Assembly: GCA_951406725.2 (NCBI GenBank)
Contig: OX597814.1
Coordinates: 7,812,001 to 7,876,000, forward strand
Direction of reading: 5' to 3'
DNA: 64,000 bases
Source of the DNA: Octopus vulgaris
Taxonomy: Eukaryota
Shown here: positions 1 to 12,229 of the stretch, piece after piece
Layout of the letters: the number at the start of each line of letters is the position of its first letter
Numbering within the stretch: position 1 is the first letter of the stretch
Translations under genes and position numbers: made by a program
Notes under the pieces: model-generated
The model's input: the letters and a program-made list of their open reading frames with translations, nothing else
Told to the model about the DNA's origin: nothing
Database searches by the model: none

Positions 1-202
1 TCCTATATTAGATGTAAATTTTCTAGTGTTCACTTCCGGACTCTCTCACTCTGTGAGAGTTTTCAGTTCAGATCGCACATGTCTCGTGATGTAATGGGGG
101 TTTTCTATCTTGGATATATTTGGGGTACTTAGGTTTGCTCATGACTTAGTGCTTACTTCTTCCATGGTTATGAGTAAATATTTCATTAAGTCTTACGTAT
201 TT

Positions 203-291
203 ATCGCTGACGAGGAGAAAATTCTTATGAATTAACCCTGAAATTGGGACCGATACGATAATAACGGAATTTTTTAGAAATTTCTGTCGGC
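203..291 (+). ncRNA. Degenerate type-I hammerhead-like motif (Penelope-like terminal repeat remnant)
   Basis: CTGACGA (207-213), stem II AAAATTC/GAATTTT around a long loop, GAAA (277-280), GTC (286-288). Stems I and III pair poorly. Confidence 0.4.
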
Positions 292-425
292 TTACTTCGA
301 GAAGCATGTTTATAGTGATAAATTATATGGTTATTGATAATTTGTCTATTTTCGGCAAATTTGGCATTTGATTTTTCTTTTTATTTTGCCCTTGTTTATA
401 AGTTGTTCATAAATTTAACCTTTAA

Positions 426-644
426 CCCTTTAGTGTTCAGATTATTCTATCAACCATAATGCTTATTGATTCACGTTGATTTGAATTAATCATGCATTAC
501 CTCATATCTTCAAGACCTTGATGGTGCAATTACTTAATGTAGAATAACATTGTAGGGTAGGTGTGAGAGCCTGGATCTGGTCAGTTCGAACATAAAGCAG
601 ATTAACTATTTTGGCCGGATATGGCCGGTTTAAATACTATAGGG
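426..644. mobile_element. piggyBac-like MITE (~220 bp)
   Basis: TTAA followed by CCCTTTAGTGTT at left; imperfect inverted end AATACTATAGGG at right. Right-hand TTAA is not preserved. Confidence 0.55.
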
Positions 645-697
645 AGGTATTTTTTAATATGCCGGGCATTGATAAAACTTTTTTCGAAAAATTTTAT

Positions 698-751
<54 letters not shown>

Positions 752-754
<3 letters not shown>

Positions 755-925
755 CTCTCCTTTTTTTCTCTCATTTTAACTCTCCTTGTTTTTTCTGTAT
801 CCCTTTCTGATACGAAAGCATAAGCTCGAAATGTAAAAGACTTTTTCTATTCCTGAGCATTATACTAATACATCTGTTTGTTTTGTACACCACCTGTCTT
901 CGTCTTTTGTTTTTTCGTAAACTCT

Positions 926-929
<4 letters not shown>
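752..929 (+). repeat. Short interspersed repeat between two (TA)n tracts, with a decayed hammerhead-like core
   Basis: CTGATACGAAAGCATAAGCTCGAAATGTA near 807-835; flanked by (TA)n at ~700-751 and ~929-966. Confidence 0.35.
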
Positions 930-969
<40 letters not shown>

Positions 970-1417
970 CATTAGGTAAATATATTCAATAATTTGCAAT
1001 CTCTATATATAAAACTGAAATGCGTTTTTACCGCTTGGTTCGCTTTCAATGCCACTACATCCCGTCCGATTCGCTCCAAAATTTACACGGACATGTAGAA
1101 TGAGGTGACGATGCGCATGGGCTACCTTAGAAATCCCTATCTTAAAAGGTGTGGTTGCTAGGGGCCATCTTCCTACCTCACCCTATTTCCCCCAGTACTC
1201 TGTCACTCCTCTTCATTTGACAATGCAACTACCGTTATTTAATGTAAAGTCTTCCTCAAATCGCTCTGTAGCTATTTACTCTCTTCCAAGAACATTTTCA
1301 CTCACTCTTAACTCTTACCTTCCTATACATTTTACTCATGTATCTCTCAGCGTTCATGGACAGTAACAAATATTACTCGCCATCCCCATCGCCATCGCAT
1401 TCTATTGTCTACCTGTC

Positions 1418-1482
<65 letters not shown>

Positions 1483-1587
1483 TCATATATCTAATATTAT
1501 ATTTTTATTTTTATGTTTTTGTTTTTGGTTTTTTAATGTTTCATTTCCCTATTAGTGGTTTTATCTCTAATTTAATTTCTACAGCGT

Positions 1588-1629
<42 letters not shown>

Positions 1630-1878
1630 CTATATGTAGCCCCAGTACACCCGAATGAAATCGGGTTCTCTTCATCAAAATGTGAAAAGGAGTCTACAAT
1701 TATCATCGCCACAACTTATGTATGTCTTCCTCACTCACTCACTCTTTTTCCTAATGATAATTATCATCGCCACCACCAACACCACCAACACACAATCTGG
1801 ACAATCTTTCTCTTATAACAAATCATGTTTACATTGCAACGACGTCTGCCACCTCCGCCGTCTCTATTTATTCTGCAA

Positions 1879-2030
1879 ATGACCAGAACTCGGGAAACTT
1901 AGTTTAGTGTTCTATGGTCTATGACCAGAACTCGGGAAACTTGGTTGAGTGTTCTATGGTCTATGACCAGAAATCAGGAAACTTGGTTCAGTGTTCTATG
2001 GTCTATGACCAGAACTTGGGAAACTTGGTT
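1879..2030. repeat. 42-bp minisatellite, ~3.6 copies, inside Helitron copy 1
   Basis: ATGACCAGAACTCGGGAAACTT...GTGTTCTATGGTCT recurs at 1879, 1921, 1963 and 2005. Confidence 0.9.
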
Positions 2031-2721
2031 GTGTCCTCATCTTATAAAATGTGGCCCCAGTAGACCCAAATTAAATCGGGTTATATTAACCAAAAGGTGA
2101 AAAGGGGTATAAATGGGGCTGGAAGGGGATTAAAATTTAAAGGAGCGGGTGTTTAGCAATTCTCTGTTACATCAAGCTAAAAAATTTGCTCCAGCCTTTT
2201 AATCGTCAATGTGTTGCCGTCCATGGTGAAGAAGTTTTCAATGCTTGCCATCGTGAGTCTACTGTCGTGAGAAAGAATCAAGTCAAAACTTGGTTTTTAG
2301 GGATTTTCTTTTACATCAAGTTCAAACTTTTACGCCAGCCGTTGAACTGTCAATACGTTGCTGTCCGTCGTTAAGAAATGCCAGCCATGGTGACTCTACT
2401 ATCCTCAAATTCTATCCCTTCAAACTTTGGTTTCCAATATTTTATTATTTTTATTCAGCTCGCAAGTTCGTCTGTCCCTTTTAAATGTTAGTGTTTTGCT
2501 GTCTGTCTTCAAGCAGACCTTTCCTTTGTAACTGCCTGATATTTATGATTGATCTTTCTAAATATTTTATTTCTCAACTTACTCAAGATCTTCTGTTGTT
2601 TATAAATGGGAGAGAGATACATAAAGATAGAGAGTAAGAGAAAGCGAGGGAGAGTCCGAGAGAAAGGAAGAGTAAGAGAGTGGGAAAGTGAGAGAGAAAG
2701 GAGAAAGAAACAAAGAGGGAG

Positions 2722-2722
<1 letters not shown>

Positions 2723-2755
<33 letters not shown>

Positions 2756-3048
2756 GTTTAACGTCCGTTTTCCGTGCTAGCACGGGTTGGACAGTTTGAC
2801 AGGGGTCTGGGAAGCCAGGAGGCTGCACCAGGCTCCAGTCTGATCTGGCAGTGTTTCGACAGGTGGATGCCCTTCCTAACGCCTACCACTCTGTGAGCGT
2901 AGTGGGTGCTTTTTTCGTGCCGCCTGCACAGGTGCCAGGGGGGCTGGCAGCGGCCACGATCGGTTGGTGCTTTTTACGTGCCACCAGCACAGAAGCCAGT
3001 CAATGCGGCGCTGCAATCCGCCACGTTCGGATGGTGCTTTTTACGTGC
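2723..3048 (-). mobile_element. RTE LINE 3' UTR fragment with (GAT)n tail
   Basis: (CAT)n followed by GTTTAACGTCCGTTTTCC...GGATGCCCTTCCTAACGCC; same 3' end as the RTE copies at 16897, 27625 and 60092. Confidence 0.85.
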
Positions 3049-3116
3049 TGAAAGGAAGCAACAGAAAATAACAACCACACTCTTACCCGCGCGTAGAGCG
3101 GGTCACCTTCAGCTAG

Positions 3117-3535
3117 TCTCTATATATAAAACTGAAATGCGTTTTTACCGCTTAGATCGCTTTCAATGCCACTACATCCCGTCCGATTCGCTCCAAAATT
3201 TACAGGGACATGTAGAATGAGGTGACGATGCTCGTGGGCTACCTTAGAAATCCCTAGCTTAAAAGGTGTGGTTGCTAGGGGCCATCTTCCTCACTCACCC
3301 TATTTCCTCCAGTACCCTCTCACTCCTCTCCATTTCACAAGTCCACTACAGTTATTTTATGTAAAGTCTTCCTCAAATCACTCTCTCGCTATTTCCTCTC
3401 TTCCAAGAACGTTTTCACTCACTCTTATCTCTTAGCTTCCCATACATTTTACTCATGTGTCTATTAGCGTTCATAGACAGAAACAAATATTACATCGCCA
3501 TCGCCATCGCCATCGCATTCTATTGTCTACCTGTC

Positions 3536-3574
<39 letters not shown>

Positions 3575-6500
3575 ATCTAATATTATATTTTTATTTTTAT
3601 GTTTTTGTTTTTGGTTTTTTACTGTTTCATTTCCCTATTAGTGATTTTATCTCTAATTTAATTTCTACAGCGTGCACACACACACACACACACCTATATG
3701 TAGCCCCAGTACACCCGAATGAAATCGGGTTCTCTTCATCAAAATGTGAAAAGGGGTCTACAATTATCATCGCCACAACTTATGTATTATGTCTTCCTCA
3801 CTCACTCACTCTTTTTCCTAATGATAATTATCATCGCCACCACCAACACACAATCATGACAATCTTTCTCTTAAAACAAATCATGTTTACATTGCAAAAT
3901 ATTTCATTTTCCCGTCCTCTCTTTCATATATCACCTTTTCTTTTTCGAGCTCTCTCTCTTTTCGCGCCCGGTGTTTCTAGGAAGAACGTCATTGGACGTG
4001 TGTATAATATTCATCCTACCAAACAGGAAATCTTCTTTTGAGAATGCTACTTCATGTAGTTACTGGACCGAAGTCTTTTGCTGATCTTCGCACAGTTGAT
4101 GGTATCATCTGCGCCACTTACAGGGAAGCATGTTTGAGGGGCGGACTTCTTCTCAATGACGACCACTTACACAGGACATTAGCAGAGGCCTCAAATTGTA
4201 AACTGCCATGGCAAATGCGTCGATTGTTTTGTAGCATATTAATCCACTGTAATTCCAGCAACCCTCTTAACCTTTGGGAATCGTTCAGACAGAGCCTATC
4301 AAAGGACATACAGGCTAATTTAGCGCTGCGGGATGGCAACGACGATGTTTATAATGAGGCATTAATCGACATGGACAGACACATCAGACGCTATGTTATA
4401 CGCGGTTTAAGTGAATTCCATCTGCCAACACCTGTCTATCATGAAGCGCCTTTGGATGTTGAATACATGTCAGAAAAAAACTACAACATTGCCAAATTGA
4501 CGGAAACAATTACGCGAGATGAACCAAGACTTTTGCCTGAACAAAGAGAGATTTATAATCAAATTATTGACAGCGTTAGATTGAACCAAGGAAAGCTTTT
4601 CTTTTTGAATGCTCCAGGTGGTACTGGTAAAACTTTTGTTATCAATTTGATTCTCGCAAAGCTGCGCGCTGAACGTCGAATTGCCATTGCATGTGCCTCA
4701 AGTGGTATTGCAGCGACACTGCTTCAAGGCGGCCGTACGGCACATAGTGCATTCAAATTGCCCATGGACATTGGAAAGAAAGATAATCTTATATGTAATA
4801 TAGATCGTAGTTCCTCAAGAGCAAGACTTCTTCGTGAATGCAGTCTTTTTGTTTGGGATGAGGCTACAATGAGTAATAAGGCCATGTTTGAGGCTCTTGA
4901 CAGAACTCTCCAAGATTTGCGTCACAACACAAAAATAATGGGTGGAGCTACGTTTCTCATGGCAGAAGATTTTCGACAAAATCTTCCTGTTGTCCGAGCA
5001 GGCACTAGAGCCGATGAGGTTAATGCATGTATAGAGCATTCTTATGTGTGGCACAGTGTTATCAGTCGCCATCTTCAAACAAACATGAGAGTCCACCTAC
5101 ATGGTGATGTGGAGTCTGAGGCTTTCGCAAAACACCTATTAGATCTTGGTGATGGAGTTTTGCCTTTCGTTGATGATGAGCATATTCGGTTGCCTTTTGG
5201 GAATTTCGTTCCAAATGTAGAAGAACTTATAAGAGCCGTTTTACCTGACGTCGAAACCAACTTCCAGGATCTCGATTGGCTAAGAGCAAGAGCTATTCTA
5301 TCGCCTCATAATACAACAGCTCATGCTACAAATAAACAAGTACTTGATATGAATCCTGGTGAGATAGTTTCTTTCATGTCCATCGATACAAATAAAGATG
5401 AGAATGATGCAGTCAAATATCCACCCGAGCTACTCAACAAGCTAACACCTCCGGGACTTCCACCTCATCATTTGTGTTTGAAAGTTGGTGCTCCAATCAT
5501 GGTGCTCAGAAATATGGAAACGCCTGAAATATGCAATGGAACCCGAATGCTTATAAGGAGGATTCAAAGCCATGTTATAACTGCTGGAATTTTGAGTGGA
5601 CCATTTGTAGGAACAATCAAAATGATACATAAAATGAGTATTTCACCCTCTGATGTTCCCATTCAGTTTAAACGCTTTCAATTTCCGATAAAACTATGCT
5701 TCGCGATGACAATCAACAAATCACAGGGACAATCACTGGAAATTGTAGGCATTAACCTGTCACAACCGGTTTTCAGTCATGGTCAATTGTACGTAGCCTG
5801 TTCTCGAGTTGGAAATCCACATAAACTCTTCATTCTTGGCAATCATGAGCGCACAAGGAACGTGGTTTATCAGGAGGCTCTGACAAAAGAAAACTGATTG
5901 TAAGTCATGAAATTTTGCTTGATTTTTTATTTTGCACCTCTTCATTATCTCTTCATTCTTGAAAATAAAGACATTAAAAAGAACATGGTTCATAAAGAAC
6001 ATTGGGTTCAGATGTTTGCAAACATTTGATCCAACTCATTCTCTTTATTCCTCATTTTCCGATTCCTTCTACGTCTCCATTAAACGGTTTTGTCAAGTTA
6101 TTGTTTCTTCGCTAACATAAGACATTCATAAAGTGAATGAGTTGTTAATTACATTTTATATACTATTCCATTGTTTAGGTGGTGTCGAAAGGACTGGCAT
6201 GTGTCACCATATAAACTCTCTCAGTCAAACTCCCAACTCATGAGTTCACATCGTGATACTCTTTCTACAAAACTGAGCTGGGTGTGAATTCTAATTTCAT
6301 TCACTATTACAGATTTTTTAATTTTTGAAACAAACACATTGCCTCTTTCGTTTTAAAACAATAAAACAATACTACCTCAATACATTGGTCCAACAAACAA
6401 AACATCCAACACTCTCATTCTTTTATGTATCTGTCTTCCTCCATCACTCACTCACTTTTCTCCCTTCCTTTCACTTTCTATCTATAACGTCGTTTCACAG

Positions 6501-6866
6501 CGTCTACCTCCCTTACATTCACTTTCTCTTTATAACGCCGTTTCACAGCGTCCGTTATCCCCCCTCCCTGTCTTCCACAGCGCTTTCACACACTCTCACT
6601 CTCTACGTCTGTCTGCATTCATAGAGAGAATTATCATCGCCACAACCACCACTCAATCATGACAACAAATATTATGAATCAGATATTTATTGGGTTAATT
6701 TATATATGTGTGTGTATCTATATATAAATATGTATATATAATAATTTTTATATATACAAAGTGCATATATCTGTATTTATATATATATATATATATATCA
6801 TTTGTATACATTTATATATATATACCACGCTCTTACCCGCGCGTAGAGCGGGTCACCTTCAGCTAG
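3117..6866 (+). mobile_element. Internally deleted Helitron, copy 2, carrying the helicase half of RepHel
   Basis: Starts TC immediately after copy 1's CTAG. Ends with the same hairpin (6835-6853) and CTAG|T (6863-6867). Confidence 0.92.
4038..5897 (+). CDS. Helitron PIF1/SF1B helicase (C-terminal part of RepHel; Rep/HUH domain absent; probably non-functional)
   Basis: 619-aa ORF with APGGTGKT, GGRTAHSAFKLP, WDEATM, DFRQ, CNGTR, FAMTINKSQGQS, HGQLYVACSRV. Upstream homology (IGRVYNIHP) is in another frame; GDFRQ is altered to EDFRQ. Confidence 0.85.
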   Translation: MRMLLHVVTGPKSFADLRTVDGIICATYREACLRGGLLLNDDHLHRTLAEASNCKLPWQMRRLFCSILIHCNSSNPLNLWESFRQSLSKDIQANLALRDGNDDVYNEALIDMDRHIRRYVIRGLSEFHLPTPVYHEAPLDVEYMSEKNYNIAKLTETITRDEPRLLPEQREIYNQIIDSVRLNQGKLFFLNAPGGTGKTFVINLILAKLRAERRIAIACASSGIAATLLQGGRTAHSAFKLPMDIGKKDNLICNIDRSSSRARLLRECSLFVWDEATMSNKAMFEALDRTLQDLRHNTKIMGGATFLMAEDFRQNLPVVRAGTRADEVNACIEHSYVWHSVISRHLQTNMRVHLHGDVESEAFAKHLLDLGDGVLPFVDDEHIRLPFGNFVPNVEELIRAVLPDVETNFQDLDWLRARAILSPHNTTAHATNKQVLDMNPGEIVSFMSIDTNKDENDAVKYPPELLNKLTPPGLPPHHLCLKVGAPIMVLRNMETPEICNGTRMLIRRIQSHVITAGILSGPFVGTIKMIHKMSISPSDVPIQFKRFQFPIKLCFAMTINKSQGQSLEIVGINLSQPVFSHGQLYVACSRVGNPHKLFILGNHERTRNVVYQEALTKEN

Positions 6867-7150
6867 TAATATTATATACTGAATTTATATTAAGTGCTCC
6901 ATAGTATAAATAATATTAATACTATTAAAGTATTTATATATTTAATATGAGCGATATATACATATATTTTTATTAATAATATATTATTATTATTAATATA
7001 AGGAAGTCAATATTGAATTTATCACGAAGATATACTCATATGAAAGACATTATGTATTAAATATATATAAATAAATAAATATAAAAAATATAAATATGAT
7101 GTATAAAATAAATTTAAATGTTTAAAAGTTTTGAATTAAGTCCTTAGGCT

Positions 7151-7239
7151 TCTTACGAGCGTTTCGCAAAAAGAGTTGTCCCTATAATGAAGTCCTATAT
7201 TGATAAGCACTTACAGACAACCCTTCTGCTCTTCAGAGA
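7151..7239 (-). ncRNA. Type-I hammerhead ribozyme motif with long stem II
   Basis: Minus strand reads TCT-CTGAAGA-GCAGAAGGGTTGTC...GACAACTCTTTTTGC-GAAAC-GCTC-GTA-AGA. Confidence 0.7.
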
Positions 7240-7262
7240 TATAATATATATATATACATACA

Positions 7263-7333
<71 letters not shown>

Positions 7334-7549
7334 TCAATATAGGGTGGCAAAAAATTTCGTAGAATTTATTTGCCACCACTAGTGGGAAAAAATTAAATAG
7401 TCATAGACCATTTATAAGTTCAACATCACAATCAAGGAATGGCCATAATAGGCCATTCACCCACTAGAAATAACAGCCAAAGCTTCAACCGCAAAATAAC
7501 ATTAATTCCGCAAACCAGGAGAAAATTAAAAAAACATTTACCCTGTAAT

Positions 7550-7652
7550 TTCTTATACGATGCACCGTTTCATCTATTGTTTAATGGTAAACTAACCTGA
7601 TTAAATTAAATCAAGCCAATCTTCCATAGGCCGATAGATTCGTCAGTAAGAA
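7550..7652 (-). ncRNA. Type-I hammerhead ribozyme (left arm)
   Basis: Reverse complement of 7818-7920. Confidence 0.8.
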
Positions 7653-7817
7653 ACAGCCAGATCCGAGCAGATATTATCACGAGGCACCTGGAATCGGCGG
7701 CTTATATTTGCTGCCGATAAATTTGGCGCGAGTGCGATGATTTGAAAATTTTAGGTCAGATATTGCCGAGGCAGGGATAGAGGTGCCTCGTGATAATATC
7801 TGCTCGGATCTGGCTGT

Positions 7818-7920
7818 TTCTTACTGACGAATCTATCGGCCTATGGAAGATTGGCTTGATTTAATTTAATCAGGTTAGTTTACCATTAAACAATAGATGA
7901 AACGGTGCATCGTATAAGAA
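7818..7920 (+). ncRNA. Type-I hammerhead ribozyme (right arm)
   Basis: Stem I TTCTTA/TAAGAA; CTGACGA (7824-7830); stem II ATCTAT/ATAGAT with a 56-nt loop; GAAAC (7899-7903); stem III ACG/CGT; cleavage triplet GTA (7912-7914). Confidence 0.82.
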
Positions 7921-8046
7921 ATTACAGGGTAAATGTTTTTTTAATTTTCTCCTGGTTTGCGGAATTAATGTTATTTTGCGGTTGAAGCTTTGGCTGTTAT
8001 TTCTAGTGGGTGAATGGCCTATTATGGCCATTCCTTGATTGTGATG

Positions 8047-8340
<294 letters not shown>

Positions 8341-8999
8341 TAGTCGCAAATGAAATTCATCTTTGGTGCATGAAATTATCACCAGAAACCAAACTTGTTA
8401 GTTTGCACTTCCTTACTATCACTATGCTGTTGCAGGGATTCGAACCCCGACCGCAAGATATTCAGTTAAGGATCACAGGAAGTCACCACAGTTTCTTTCT
8501 TTCCAGCCACTGTCCAAAGCCAACTAATCACGGCCTTTGGTTAATGTCTCGTAACACTTTTTCCGATGCTCTGTTTAAGCCATCTCTCCTCTTTATAAAG
8601 GGTTTGCTTTCAGTATACAGGGTCTTTGACTCCAGACCTTCTAAGGTCTAGTCACTGACCATCATCGTACTCAGCTATGTTCAAGTTTCCAGTGACAGAG
8701 ACTACGACGCTATTATATACCAGCGACAGACAGAACGTTCTATCTCCGCCGCCATCATCACCATCATCGTACCAACTTTTACGTTGTCTCTACCATCGTC
8801 AACTTCAGACATGTACACACCAACACGACCAGTTTTACTCACGCTGTTAGAGTAAATCCTTTCACCACGTATAACAGTCAGTACATGTGAAGGAATTCTA
8901 TATTAAGAGACTCAGCTCGGCGTTGAGGCTACAACCACGGCACGACATATTCGCCCAACGGGTCTCCGCCTCGAGACACAACATCTTGTAATAGTACTC

Positions 9000-10788
9000 G
9001 GATCTTTTCTTTTTGAACGGCACATGTCAACACAATTTCTAGTTAACTAAACACTTTTAAACTTCCTATACTGGTAGAATGTGTTTATAAAACATCATTT
9101 TTTTCTTGGCTTTATTGAGAAAATTCTATAGTTTGTAAGATATTTCCACTTTAAAATCGAGCATTTCGGCAATTTTAACCAATCAAATACTGTACGTCCA
9201 TTTAGGTAAACAACATTCCGTGCTGTATGAATATGTCCCTCGTTTAAGAAACAGATTGGGTTTATTTACATTTGCAAAGAAAAAAAGATACCCTTCCCCC
9301 ACCCCTAACCCTAAAATAGATTGAAATGCAAAGATCAAAACTAGGGTTATAATTATGGGTGACAATTTCATACGACACCGCTACGGAAAATGGTATTTTT
9401 TTCTAGCGGTGTCAAATGAAAATGTCACCCATAATTATGACCCGAGTATCGATCTTTGCATTTCAATCTATTTTAGGTTTAGAGTTATGGCGAGGGTTAG
9501 GGTTAGGGGTGGGGTTAGAGTTAGGGTTAGGGTTGGGGTGGGGGTGGGGGAAGGGTATCTTTTTTTCTTCGCAAATGTAAATAAACCCAATCTGTTTCTT
9601 AAACGAGCACATATTCATACAGCACGGTATGTTTTCATCCCAAATGGACGTATTTGATTGGTTAAAATTGCCGAACTGCTCGAAATTTCAGACGAAATAT
9701 CTTACAAACTAAAGAATTTTCTCAATAAAGCCAAGAAAAAATGAGGATCTTTTCTTTTTGAAGGCCAGATTTTCCTAGTTAACTAAACAATTTGAAACTT
9801 CGTATACTGGTAGAATGTGTCAAAAGAAAACATTATTGTAAACAAAATTGAAAACAAAATTGTAATTTGTAACTTAAACGTTGTTTAATTTTAAGAATTT
9901 TAACCAATGAAATCGCAGCATTCGAGCTCAAATTATTTACCTCTTCTTCTGTCTTCTACATGTGCTAGAAATAACAGCTAAATCTCTTAAATCGATTAAT
10001 TTCGTTGCCCAATAAAAATATTAACGATATTTTTTGAATATTTTCTTTCTTTTTTTTTTACCGAAAAGGCTTCTCCCATGGTTTTGAAGGGCCAGAAACA
10101 ACAAAAACAAAACAATAATATGCCTAAATCGGTCTCGAGTTTGCGCGTGGAGTGTGAGTCGTATTGTAAAAATTTGCGAAATATTTTTTTCCTAAAATGA
10201 TGCCCCCAGCTTGTCGGAAGCTGTGATATAAATTGGGGAAAAAATACTCGACACCAGTGCGTAATTGATACTTAATTTATCGACCCCGAAACGATGAAAC
10301 ATTGACCCCACCTGGTTTATTTACCTTTTGTGCAAATTTGTTGCGGCAAGTGGCAAAACGTGTATTTTTGCTGGTGTGCGTATATGTATATGTCCGTTTG
10401 TATGTGTATGTACGCTTATATATTAATTACTATGTGTGTGTGTGTGGTGCGTCTGTTATATTTCTTTATCAATATCGATAACGCAGCAATGCTGGGATTT
10501 CATTGGTTAAAATTCGAAGATGTTGGGATTTTATTGGTTAAAATTCGTAAAAATTAAACTACGTTTAAGTTACGAATAACAATTTTGTTTACAATAATGT
10601 TTTCTTTTGACACATTCTACCTGTATACATAGTTTCAAATTTTTTAGTTAACTAGGAAAATCTGGCCTTCAAAAAGAAAAGATCCAAAAAGGATGTTTTA
10701 TAAACACATTCTACCAGTATACGAAGTTTAAAAGTGTTTAGTTAACTAGAAATTGTGTTAAAAACTGCCGTTCAAAAGGAAAAGATCT
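9000..10788. mobile_element. Foldback MITE with ~390-bp TIRs starting GGATCTTTTC, containing TTAGGG-like repeats
   Basis: Palindromic about ~9395; the right arm is interrupted by a related element. No clear TSD. Confidence 0.85.
9745..10685. mobile_element. Related long-TIR MITE nested in the right arm of the previous element (Merlin- or MULE-like)
   Basis: Termini GGATCTTTTCTTTTTGAAGGCCAG...CTGGCCTTCAAAAAGAAAAGATCC; flanks AAAAATGA / AAAAAGGA give an 8-bp TSD with one mismatch. Confidence 0.85.
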
Positions 10789-12107
10789 TGCATATCGTGT
10801 ACCTTATGAACTGGTAATCCAAATTCCATCTTTAACTCTATGCTGAGACTTTTATCTATGCTCTGTATTTCTATCATACGCATTCACCTTATTTGTATAT
10901 GGAACAGCTTGTCATTCATCTATATTCTGTTGGCACTGTATTGTATAAGTTGTATTATCGCTTATCTTATTTTGTTAGGGATGCGACCGTGTGGCGTACA
11001 AAAGGAGACCTATGTCTCCAACCTCCTCACATACGGTCGTATTCCTACATGTCCGAGGAAGGACAAAGACACCTCTAAATACACATTTGTTGGACCTAAT
11101 AATGATGCCGTACCCGAAAAGCAGATATAGATGCTGTTTTGTGTTCGTCTTCAGAATTATTTGCTATCAGAAAACCATCGATATATATGCATAGAGAAAA
11201 GGCAAACCGCATGTCACAGTATCGATAAAACACTGGAATATCTGCGCAGCATTACGTAGATCAAAATAGGAATTTAAACAATTCAAAAAGTGTAGTAATT
11301 GCGTTTATGGAATATCTGCAGACTCGACAGGAATTTGGTTGCATGCCCTCATCAGATCGACCTTCAAAATTATAGACTTTGTACGGGTTTTCTTATAAAT
11401 AGAAACTGGTTAATGCTAACTTCGGCGCTTGTGCCGCTTCCCTAAAAAGCGACAGCTCTGGAACGGTCGTTAATGAAGAAAAAGTAACTATTTGTGATAG
11501 CCAGGTGCACTTATTGCCTTTAGAACCTGGCTGTTTTGTTTTCCAGAAAGAAAGAAGTGTCTTTTGAAAAAAGAAAGAAAGAAAGAAAGAACAAAATGAT
11601 TCTCAATAGCGAGTGTACATTATCTTTGGTTATATGTCTCCCAAACATATAAAACCGGATAGGATCACCAAGGAATGTGGATAGTCAACATAAATAGCTG
11701 AAATGTCTCAACATAAATCGGACGGGATCTAAATACAAAGAATATCTAAATTAATTTGTTGTGAGATGGAGTGAGAGCTTTTCAGAAAATGGAGGGAAGA
11801 GTCATCGGATGGGTAAATATAGTTATTACTAATAAACGGTTTTTATAGGGTGAAAAGGGGACAAATTTTAGATCAATCGAGGAGCCATATCACTTCACAG
11901 TTGCACGCTGATTGGCTGATTTATAGGCTCACAGGAAGTTACCACAGTGAAACTGTGGTGACTTCCTGTGATCCTTGACTGAATATCTTGCGGTCGGGGC
12001 TCGAATCCCTGCAACAGCATAGTGATAGTAAGGAAGTACAAACTAACAAGTTTGGTTTGTGGCGATAATTTCATGCACCAACAATGAATTTTACTTGCGA
12101 CTAATCA

Positions 12108-12191
<84 letters not shown>

Positions 12192-12229
12192 GTCTATCTA
12201 TCTATATCTATATCTATCTATCTATCTAT

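Larger units (their letters stand above)
1000..3116 (+). mobile_element. Non-autonomous Helitron, copy 1 of a tandem pair
   Basis: A|TC 5' end (TCTCTATATATAAAACTGAAATGCG). 3' hairpin ACCCGC-GCGTAGA-GCGGGT (3085-3103) then CTAG (3113-3116). First ~850 bp are homologous to 3117-3895. Confidence 0.9.
7423..8047. repeat. 267-bp inverted repeat (7423-7689 / 7781-8047) with a 91-bp spacer; Penelope-like inverted terminal repeat structure
   Basis: Arms read as exact reverse complements by eye. Each holds a hammerhead. (TA)n tracts lie on both sides. Confidence 0.9.

Noticed and set aside
4038-5897. Host PIF1 gene
   Set aside because: Intronless, lies between Helitron termini, and has RepHel-type N-terminal sequence.
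9475-9555. True telomere or chromosome fusion site
   Set aside because: Only a few degenerate TTAGGG units, internal to a multi-copy MITE.
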